A stretch of 64,000 nucleotides of DNA, taken from the IMG/VR virus record IMGVR_UViG_3300035698_035310, positions 248,001 through 312,000 of that record; one strand, written 5' to 3'. A program made the translations under genes and the position numbers. Positions 56,183-64,000 of the stretch are shown here, piece by piece. The notes under the pieces were generated by a model. That model worked only from the letters and a program-made list of their open reading frames with translations, did no database searches and was not told where the DNA came from. Each line of letters opens with the position of its first letter. Position 1 is the stretch's first letter.

Positions 56183-56569
56183 ATGACAAATCAAACAACC
56201 ACCGAGACATATTGGATTTTTAAATACACGAATAAGGAAGGGTTCTATCAAGATCAAAGCAACAGTGGTTCACGTAACTATATCGAACCTAGAACAACGG
56301 ATATCGAATACGCTACAAAATATAGTGAATATACTATTGGTGATCATGCCATTTGGGTACGTAAGAAAAAAGAACCAATGAAACCAATTCAGATCAAGGA
56401 GACACGAACTTATCAACAAGAAGAACTTGGCGAAGAGGCACTAGGATATATTGCTACTGAAGAACTGAAACAAGCAAGCCGTGCAGAGAAAAATGCTATT
56501 CAACGACGCGAACAAGAGAGAAAAGAATATGAGCGTTTACAGAAACTATTTGAAGAAGAAGGAGAATAA
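56183..56569 (+). CDS. hypothetical protein with C-terminal EYERL coil
   Basis: AGGAG SD; KEYERLQKLFE. Confidence 0.7.
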   Translation: MTNQTTTETYWIFKYTNKEGFYQDQSNSGSRNYIEPRTTDIEYATKYSEYTIGDHAIWVRKKKEPMKPIQIKETRTYQQEELGEEALGYIATEELKQASRAEKNAIQRREQERKEYERLQKLFEEEGE

Positions 56570-56571
56570 TT

Positions 56572-57006
56572 ATGAAATGGTTTGATAAAGAAGAATTATT
56601 TGATATCACAAAATCCAACCCAGAAGCAATTCGTGAGATTTGTCAATGGTTTAATGATCGATGTGATGAAATCCATAGCGAAGAGCGAGAAGTATCTATT
56701 GATGATAACAATGTTAATATTTCATATTCATGGGAAGATAATTTCCGAGGGTGCCATATGGGAACTGAAACAGAATATTTTGAAATCCCCAATGAGATTT
56801 TCTTTTCGGATTATTCACTAAGTGCTTGGCAGCGTGAAGAGGCTGATCGTATAAAAGAAATCGCTGCGAAGGAAAAAGAAGCCGAAGATAAAAAAAAGAG
56901 AACGCAAGCTAAACGCGATAAGACTCTTGCAACCAAGAAAAAAGAACAGAAAGACAAAGATGAATATGAACGATTGAAAGAAAAATATGAAGGAGAAAAA
57001 AAATGA
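56572..57006 (+). CDS. hypothetical protein with C-terminal EYERL coil
   Basis: AGGAG SD; DEYERLKEKYE. Confidence 0.7.
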   Translation: MKWFDKEELFDITKSNPEAIREICQWFNDRCDEIHSEEREVSIDDNNVNISYSWEDNFRGCHMGTETEYFEIPNEIFFSDYSLSAWQREEADRIKEIAAKEKEAEDKKKRTQAKRDKTLATKKKEQKDKDEYERLKEKYEGEKK

Positions 57007-57569
57007 CTATGTGTACAATGAGATTAGCGATGATTGCATGTGATCAAATGGAAGGATTATCCATTTTGCAACATGGCGAAAGCGTTGCTTCATATTATAA
57101 AGATTTGAAGTCTCACTTACAACACGGAACGGATTTAAAATATGAGTGGCGCATGCCTTCATGGATTAACAACCCGTTGATATTAAACAATTTGCTATCT
57201 GATGATATTATGGAAACGTATCACATTTATCATGATTGTGGAAAGCCAGTGTGTATTAAATGGGACGAAAATGGGAGACGACACTTTCCTAATCATGCTG
57301 AAGTGTCAAAACAAACTTGGTTAGAAAACGGTGGCGACCCTTAGATTGCTAAATTAATTGGTATGGATATGGATATTCATACTATCAAAGCAGACGGTGT
57401 AGAAGAATTTGCATCAAGGCCCGAAGCGATTAGTTTATTATTGACGGGTTTGTCGGAAGTTCATTCTAATGCATCAATGTTTGGTGGAATAGAATCGACG
57501 AGTTTTAAAATCAAATTTAAGCAGTTAGAAAAGCGTGGTAAGAAAATCTTAGCATTGCTTGAAAAATAA
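57003..57569 (+). CDS. HD-domain protein with in-frame TAG at codon 114
   Basis: QHG, YHDCGKP, HFPNHA..S, then GGDP*IAKLIGMDMDIH...EVHSNA; track ORFs 57003 and 57363 share one frame. Confidence 0.75.
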
Positions 57570-57625
57570 ACGGCACACGTGATACAGCCGGAACCAATGT
57601 ATCACTTTATATAAGGAGAAATATT

Positions 57626-57943
57626 ATGACTACATTTACTTTTAAGACTCGTAACGAATATCTTACACAACGCGCTGAATGGAAAGCAGATTATAAAGCA
57701 TTGAGCCAAACCATTCGTGATTTGAAAGGACAACGCAAACAGTATACATGGAAATATGTTCCAAAGGGCAAGAACATTAAAATGGGCGACAACCCACGAT
57801 ATGATTCTACTGCTGGTTGGAGTGCGGTTGCACTTAAATATAAGGCAACTAAAATGTTAGAAGACCTTGCTGAAGCTAAAATTGAGGCAGGTAAGCAACG
57901 TGAATATCGCATTGCTAACGAACAAGAAGCAGCAGCAGCGTAA
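57626..57943 (+). CDS. basic helical hypothetical protein
   Basis: F.TR.EYL..RAEWKA.YK.LS..IR.LK; AAGGAG SD; terminator 57953-57978. Confidence 0.75.
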   Translation: MTTFTFKTRNEYLTQRAEWKADYKALSQTIRDLKGQRKQYTWKYVPKGKNIKMGDNPRYDSTAGWSAVALKYKATKMLEDLAEAKIEAGKQREYRIANEQEAAAA

Positions 57944-57996
57944 CATATTAATGGGGGCCATAGTGCCCCCGTTTTTTTCAACATTAGGAGAACAAA

Positions 57997-58545
57997 ATGG
58001 CAACACTAAAAGAACACAAAGAGCAATTAGTAAAAATGAAACCATCTAACATTTGGACGGATGATGATTTAAAAAAACGTGCACAAAATAGAAAATCGTT
58101 ACACACGTAGTTTCCATATGTTATAACATATAAAGGCTATTATGGATTGCATGATACAATGGTCGATTGGTGCCGTGAACAATTTAGCGACATGTATGGC
58201 GAATGCGATTGGGATGATTGTGATTTGGGATGGGAAAAATGGCACGACAATATAGGGCTACAAGGTCAACTCGACAATGAATTATATGACGAAATATTAT
58301 TTGATAAAGGCAGCGAACTTCATTATTGGTGGCGCACATTAATTATTGAAACACATTACGACATAATAAAAACTGAATACTTTCCAACACAACCGGGCGA
58401 TCATTGCCATCAGGGAACATGGAGAAGTAATTTCGTAATTAAAACTGGATATGATTATGGATATCAAGATTATTGCTTCAAAAACGGCGAAGACGCGTTC
58501 TATTTCAAGATAATGTGGGACGAAGAAGTTTTTAAAAGAAATTGA
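57997..58545 (+). CDS. hypothetical protein (F....DA..FK..W family) with in-frame TAG at codon 38
   Basis: AGGAG SD + ATG 57997; ...KSLHT*FPYVITY... continues in frame into track ORF 58147. Confidence 0.65.
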
Positions 58546-58644
58546 TATTTTTTTATTGACTTGAATATAGTGTTAGTATATAGTGTATTCAAGTTCGGGC
58601 ACGTGCCCTAACTATTTTTATCATTACACAGGAGTATTATTATC

Positions 58645-58854
58645 ATGGCTAAATTGAAACTATCACAAAACCAACGCGTACTTTCTACGCTTAACAAAGT
58701 CGGCTCTATCACCAATGTCGCTGCACGTTCACGCGGTATTCAAAATCTTCGCGCACGAATTTGCGAGCTTCGCAACACTGGTGTCAAGATTAAAACTGAG
58801 CCATATGTTCGCAAAGACGGCGTCGTCGCTGCAAAATACATTCTTTCTGCATAA
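58645..58854 (+). CDS. winged helix-turn-helix protein
   Basis: SQ..RVL..L.....IT...A....I..L.ARI.ELR..G..I; terminator 58878-58911. Confidence 0.75.
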   Translation: MAKLKLSQNQRVLSTLNKVGSITNVAARSRGIQNLRARICELRNTGVKIKTEPYVRKDGVVAAKYILSA

Positions 58855-58979
58855 AAGCCTTTCGTTAAAGCATAAATTAAAAATAGGTAGCAGTTTGCTA
58901 CCTATTTTTTTGTCTTGACATATAACACTTATTACGTTAATATTAAACCCACAAATGATATTAATGAAAGGATGCTATT

Positions 58980-59453
58980 ATGGCTGAACAACCTGACGAT
59001 CAACCAAAAAAGAAGAAAAAACAAAAAAAACAAAAGATGAGCAAAAGCAGTTCTAATACTGTTGCACAGGTATATTTCAATGAGTCTGAACCAGAGTATC
59101 CGTTGACATTGCCACTGGAGATGCTTGTCCGTGCAAAAGCCATCTTAGATATGCATAACATCATAATGAAGCCATGGGTCACGCTTATAAGCCTTGGTAA
59201 GCACGCTATTGAAGCATGGACAATTGGCGGCGACCCAATCGATAAAAAATATTGGTGGATGGATCAATATATCGAATCTGTATGCAACATGATATGGTGT
59301 GACATTAATAGTAAATACTATAAAGAATGGTGTGATACAGGCATTCTATTGGATGTTCCATCATTGAATAAACGATCAAGAGGAAGTCCAGAAAGTGTTG
59401 CAGAACATTTTGCCGATGTCGCAGTTAAAGCGTTTATAGAGCCATACAAATAA
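58980..59453 (+). CDS. hypothetical protein
   Basis: Promoter and AAGGA SD. Confidence 0.65.
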   Translation: MAEQPDDQPKKKKKQKKQKMSKSSSNTVAQVYFNESEPEYPLTLPLEMLVRAKAILDMHNIIMKPWVTLISLGKHAIEAWTIGGDPIDKKYWWMDQYIESVCNMIWCDINSKYYKEWCDTGILLDVPSLNKRSRGSPESVAEHFADVAVKAFIEPYK

Positions 59454-59464
59454 TAAGGTAATAC

Positions 59465-60556
59465 ATGACAGATAAAACAAAAATAATGATTATTGGTGCT
59501 GGTAATATTGGTATTGCTATTGCATCAATGTTACTACACATCGACGCATATGAAATATCAATATCCGATAAACTTGACGCACTTTCTTCTGTGACGGCAT
59601 TGAAGCATCTTGGTGTGGCTAAAGTATTACTAGATGCATCAAGCGATGCACAATTAAGAGAAGTGTTGAAATCATATGATTATGTCATAAATGCGGGACC
59701 GTATCATTTGGCTTCCACAATAGCAATGGCTGCGATTAAAACAGAGACGCATTATTTCGATTTAACTGAAGATGTATTTCAAACTGATCGTATTAGATCA
59801 TTTGCTAGCATTGATTTAAAAACTGTATTAGTTCCTCAATGTGGATTGGCACCTGGGTATATTTCTATATTGGCTAACCATGTTGCACAACAATTCGATC
59901 AAGTGTGCGACGTTAAAATGAGAGTTGGTGCACTTCCAATAAATCCAACCAATGCATTGAAATATAATACATCGTGGTCTATTGATGGACTAATTAATGA
60001 ATATTTACATCCATGTAACGCAATAAAAAATGGAAAAATGACAGTAACAGAACCACTTGAAGGATATGAAACATTCGTATTAGACGGCGTTCAGTATGAA
60101 GCATTTAATACTAGTGGTGGATTGGGAACTATGTGTGAAACATGGAAAGGCAAAGTCGATTCTATGAGTTATAAAACAGTTCGATATCCAGGTCATAATT
60201 ATTTGATGAAATTTCTTATTGATGATATGAACATCGAGGAACAACAACTGAAAGATATGATGACCTCCGCAGTTCCATCCACTAGTCAGGATGTTGTGGT
60301 GATATTAGTTGAAGTAACTGGTATGAAAAATGGCAAACTTGTAACAAAAAATGAAACCAGAAAAATATATGGAAATCACGGATGGAGTGGTATACAACTA
60401 GCAACAGCATCTGGTGTATGCACAGTGGTAGAAATACATCGTCAGAATCTTATCCAAACAAGCGAGGGCGGATTTATTAAACAAGAAGATATAAATTATG
60501 ACGATTTCGTAACAATAAATCGAGCATATTTCAATAATGTCTACAACACTATTTGA
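59465..60556 (+). CDS. saccharopine dehydrogenase / lysine 6-dehydrogenase family protein
   Basis: GAG.IG Rossmann motif, HYFDLTED, PQCGLAPG, RVGALP, WS.DGLINEY, EAFNTSGG, YKT.RYPGH. Confidence 0.88.
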   Translation: MTDKTKIMIIGAGNIGIAIASMLLHIDAYEISISDKLDALSSVTALKHLGVAKVLLDASSDAQLREVLKSYDYVINAGPYHLASTIAMAAIKTETHYFDLTEDVFQTDRIRSFASIDLKTVLVPQCGLAPGYISILANHVAQQFDQVCDVKMRVGALPINPTNALKYNTSWSIDGLINEYLHPCNAIKNGKMTVTEPLEGYETFVLDGVQYEAFNTSGGLGTMCETWKGKVDSMSYKTVRYPGHNYLMKFLIDDMNIEEQQLKDMMTSAVPSTSQDVVVILVEVTGMKNGKLVTKNETRKIYGNHGWSGIQLATASGVCTVVEIHRQNLIQTSEGGFIKQEDINYDDFVTINRAYFNNVYNTI

Positions 60557-60634
60557 AAATATATAATTTTTTTATAAAAACCGGTCTAAATGAATAAATA
60601 CTATTAATAAACATCTTTTAATAGGATTAGATCG

Positions 60635-60949
60635 ATGAGTCGCCCAAAACCAATTATATTATTCGAATTTACCGATAAAGATTATAAAACAGAAGAAATA
60701 CTAAAAGGCGAATCAGTCTTTGCGGTATGTTTTGACAATCAGCCGATAAATTTAAGATCGCGAAATAAAATGAAATACGATCCAATCCTTGGGCGTGAAT
60801 ATCCTGGACCAAAGTATAAGAAAACTTCTTTTACTAATCCTGGGCATGCCTTCAATTTGGCTGAACGATTGAATACTCTATTTAAAACAGATAAATTTAA
60901 AGTTCATAAAATGGAAATGGGTCCAACTGTAAGTGAAAATGATATATGA
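60635..60949 (+). CDS. conserved phage protein
   Basis: MSRPKP, GPKYKKTSF.NPGHA.NLA.RLN; ATAAATA upstream. Confidence 0.7.
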   Translation: MSRPKPIILFEFTDKDYKTEEILKGESVFAVCFDNQPINLRSRNKMKYDPILGREYPGPKYKKTSFTNPGHAFNLAERLNTLFKTDKFKVHKMEMGPTVSENDI

Positions 60950-61527
60950 TTCCATTCCCCGATAAAAAATATAAAGCAATATTAGCCGATCCACCATGGT
61001 CGTTTAAAAACTTCTCCAAAAAAGGCGAAAGCAGAAACGTCAACAAACACTATGATGTTATGAAATTGGCGGATATTAAAGCATTGCCAGTTGGAGAACT
61101 TGCCGATAAAAACAGCGTTCTTTTTATGTGGGCTACTGGCCCACTATTAGATAAAGCGTTTGATGTTATTAATGCATGGGGATTTACATATAAAACATTA
61201 GCGTTCACATGGATCAAACAGAATAAAAAATCAGCCGGATTATTTATGGGTGGCGGTTATTGGACTAGAAGCAATGCAGAAATTTGTTTACTAGCCACAA
61301 AGGGAAAACCATCCCGTGTGAATGCCGATGTCATGCAGCCAATCATATCACCACGAAGAGAACATAGTCGCAAGCCTGATGAAATACACGAACGTATAGA
61401 ACGTTTGGTAAGTGGGCCATACATAGAGTTGTTTGCACGAACAGAATCAAGAACGTGGGACACTTGGGGTAATGATACTGAACATTTTGGCACAGAAAGC
61501 ACATATAACGAAATATTCACCAAATAA
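60946..61527 (+). CDS. MT-A70 family adenine methyltransferase
   Basis: ADPPW, LF.W.T, WGF.YK...F.W.K, R.N.E.CL, HSRKP, ELFAR, WGN. Confidence 0.92.
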   Translation: MIPFPDKKYKAILADPPWSFKNFSKKGESRNVNKHYDVMKLADIKALPVGELADKNSVLFMWATGPLLDKAFDVINAWGFTYKTLAFTWIKQNKKSAGLFMGGGYWTRSNAEICLLATKGKPSRVNADVMQPIISPRREHSRKPDEIHERIERLVSGPYIELFARTESRTWDTWGNDTEHFGTESTYNEIFTK

Positions 61528-61626
61528 TGATATTATACAAAAATATAATAAAAATTTAATTGTAATATAATTTTAGTATACTTAAATAAATACTGTAGTT
61601 GTTTTATTTACTATATGGAGATTTTA

Positions 61627-62544
61627 ATGAACACAGTTGTTATATATCATGCAAGATGCACTGATGGCGCAGGAGCAATGTGGTCTGCGTGGAAACATTT
61701 TCAAGATGATGCCATTTATATTCCAGTAGGAAAAAATAATGATCGCCGAAAATATGCATTGACCAAATGTCTCCAAGCAAAGCGAGTATATATGCTTGAT
61801 GTTATGTTGGATATGGATGATATAGAATCATTATTAATTAATAATATTGATGTATTTTTGTTAGATCATCACATTAGCAATATAGTTGCATTAAAAAAAG
61901 CAAAACTTAAAAGAAAATATCCAGTTTTTCTACATGAACATAATGACATAGAACGCAGCGGTGCTGGTATAGCATGGGATCACTTCAATGATGGTCCACG
62001 ACCAATCATTATTAATTATGTTGAAGATTTTGATTTATGTCATTGGTCTATGCCCAATAGTGAAAATATTGATGTATATTTGAGTCAATTTAATTGGTCT
62101 GATAATGAAACAATAATAAAAATATTTAATGAGTTGGAAAGCATCAATCCTGGAAAAATGGCAGCATTAGGAAAACCGTTAGTAGATTACAAAAACCAGT
62201 TGATGGTAAAAAATATAGCACATATTGCTAGAGCCAAGATACGCATTGACATGCCAACTGAAACTAGTCACGTTGCCACGACATATGATATTCCTATATT
62301 AAATGCTAATCAATTTATAAATGAGACGGGCGAGTTCATGGCACAGGGTGAATCATTTTCAATAATATGGCAAATGACTAATGATAGCAAAATAATTCTT
62401 AATTTAAGAAGTGATGAAAATGGTGAAGATGTTAGCATTATTGCAGCACAGTTGGGAGTAAAAGGTGGCGGTGGGCATAAGAATGCATCTGGGGTACGAT
62501 TTGAAACCATACAAGACATGTTAGAAATTATCACAATATATTAA
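61627..62544 (+). CDS. DHH/DHHA1 phosphoesterase, copy 1
   Basis: YH..C.DG, LDHH, SGA...W, D.DL, LRS, GGGH..ASG. Confidence 0.88.
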   Translation: MNTVVIYHARCTDGAGAMWSAWKHFQDDAIYIPVGKNNDRRKYALTKCLQAKRVYMLDVMLDMDDIESLLINNIDVFLLDHHISNIVALKKAKLKRKYPVFLHEHNDIERSGAGIAWDHFNDGPRPIIINYVEDFDLCHWSMPNSENIDVYLSQFNWSDNETIIKIFNELESINPGKMAALGKPLVDYKNQLMVKNIAHIARAKIRIDMPTETSHVATTYDIPILNANQFINETGEFMAQGESFSIIWQMTNDSKIILNLRSDENGEDVSIIAAQLGVKGGGGHKNASGVRFETIQDMLEIITIY

Positions 62545-62649
62545 AAATAATAATCGATGACATGGAAAAAATGTTAAGTGTTATAAAATTGACTTTATGA
62601 ACACATTTTAGTATACTTAAATTAATAAATTTAATATATGGAGAAATTA

Positions 62650-63570
62650 ATGGATATAGTTGTTATATATCATGCAAGATGCACAGATGGCGCGGGGGCA
62701 ATGTGGTCCGCATGGAAACATTTTCAAGATGATGCCATTTATATTCCAATAGGAAAAAATAGTAAAAAACAAAAATCCGTATTAAATAAATGTCACAAAG
62801 CAAAGCGAGTATATATGCTTGATGGTATGTTGGATATGGTCGACGTAGAATCATTGTTAATGAATGATATTGAGGTGTTTCTATTAGATCACCACATCAG
62901 CAATATCACCGCGTTAAGTGATGCAAAACTTCAAGAAAAATATCCAGATTTATTACACGATCACAATGATATTGAACGTAGTGGTGCTGGTATCGCGTGG
63001 GATTACTTCAACGAAGGTCCACGACCAAGCATTATTAATTATGTAGAAGATTTTGATTTGTGGCATTGGGCCATGCCCGAGGGTGAAAGCATCCATGTTT
63101 ATCTGAGCCAATTCAATTGGTCAAGCAATGAAGAAATTATTGGATTGTTTAACACTTGGGAAAACGTTAGTCCAGGTCATTTGGCTGCAATGGGAAAACC
63201 ACTTGTTGATTATAAAAATCAATTGATGGGGAGAAATTTATCACATATCGCAAGGGCCAAAGTATATGTTGTATTGCCAACAGAATTTAGTCGCATAGCG
63301 ATGACATATGATGTTCCTATTCTAAATGCCAATCAATTTATAAGTGAAACAGGTAATGTCATGGCACAAGGCGAACCATTTGCGGTAATTTGGCAAGTAA
63401 TGAACGACTGCAAAATTAGGCTTAGTTTGAGAAGTGATGATAACGGTGAAGATGTTAGCATCATAGCAACACACTTGGGCATAAAAGGCGGTGGACACAA
63501 GCACGCCGCTGGATTGCGTTTTGATTCTATGCAAGATATGTTAGAAGTTATCACGATGTATGAAAAATAA
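62650..63570 (+). CDS. DHH/DHHA1 phosphoesterase, copy 2
   Basis: Same motifs; SLRS, GGGHKHAAG. Confidence 0.9.
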   Translation: MDIVVIYHARCTDGAGAMWSAWKHFQDDAIYIPIGKNSKKQKSVLNKCHKAKRVYMLDGMLDMVDVESLLMNDIEVFLLDHHISNITALSDAKLQEKYPDLLHDHNDIERSGAGIAWDYFNEGPRPSIINYVEDFDLWHWAMPEGESIHVYLSQFNWSSNEEIIGLFNTWENVSPGHLAAMGKPLVDYKNQLMGRNLSHIARAKVYVVLPTEFSRIAMTYDVPILNANQFISETGNVMAQGEPFAVIWQVMNDCKIRLSLRSDDNGEDVSIIATHLGIKGGGHKHAAGLRFDSMQDMLEVITMYEK

Positions 63571-63573
63571 TAT

Positions 63574-63927
63574 ATGAATGTACGACAAGACGTATTTGAC
63601 GCGGTTCAATCACAAATAGACCTCGATATAGATTTTAAAAAACTATGCGCGGAAATATATTTCCATCCTGGTGGAGATACATTACGTCTTAGTTTTAAAG
63701 GATTGGTTTTTTTATCTGATTATTTACCATCCAATAAAGTTGATGTATTGATAGAAAATCAAAATAGAAAAACTATGCCATCAAAGCATTATGTGTTTTT
63801 AACACGATATAATAAAATGCCATATTACATAGGCGGAAAATATATTACATTTTTTGATGAAGACGCGGCGTTTTTATTTAAAATGTGCGATGGCGACATA
63901 GAAAACGTAAAAGAAGTAACTAAATGA
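63574..63927 (+). CDS. hypothetical phage protein
   Basis: LRL...G, L.R....PYY.......F.E..A. Confidence 0.65.
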   Translation: MNVRQDVFDAVQSQIDLDIDFKKLCAEIYFHPGGDTLRLSFKGLVFLSDYLPSNKVDVLIENQNRKTMPSKHYVFLTRYNKMPYYIGGKYITFFDEDAAFLFKMCDGDIENVKEVTK

Positions 63928-64000
63928 AACTAAATGAAATATAAATTTGACAGCAACAATTCTCCTAGTGTATGCTACATAGATAAAGAGTATACAAAAA

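Noticed and set aside
1-64000. Genome-wide TAG reassignment (code 15-like)
   Set aside because: At least eight genes end at TAG at natural C-termini, followed by promoters, terminators or the next SD, and long core genes are intact under code 11.
1-64000. Canonical tRNA or rRNA genes, including an amber suppressor
   Set aside because: I recognised no cloverleaf by eye; sRNA B has only a partial T-loop-like element. tRNAscan-SE is needed to exclude one properly.

Overview
Fragment of a large, AT-rich T4-like (probably jumbo) dsDNA phage genome. The host is plausibly an alphaproteobacterium (GTTC-N7-GTTC LexA-type box, DUF1178 gene), but that is inference. Bases 1-16.6 kb are an early/host-takeover region of about 40 small genes, most with their own sigma70-type promoter (TTGAC-N16/17-TATAAC), including an ArdC-like gene. 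Its non-coding islands hold ten copies of a promoter that fires directly into AGGGAGGGATG plus a T-run, and four promoter/terminator-bounded sRNA candidates. A repeat/palindrome cluster lies at 16.8 kb. 17-32 kb holds probable internal-head proteins, a minus-strand block of small paralogs, a holin-like protein, an M15 endolysin, two GIY-YIG endonucleases and a Dam-type MTase next to a HaeIII-like nuclease. 32-39 kb encodes tail-fibre/virion proteins. 40-54 kb encodes a truncated GluRS, a carbamoyltransferase, a degenerate ligase, family B DNA polymerase, a clamp, ClpP, RNase H and CYTH. The most striking signal is at 55.7-58.5 kb: three genes (a Pth2-type peptidyl-tRNA hydrolase, an HD-domain protein and a conserved hypothetical) each contain one in-frame TAG, although TAG is an ordinary stop elsewhere in the window. 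This suggests an amber-readthrough-gated module. All functional calls come from motif recognition by eye; no searches were run.
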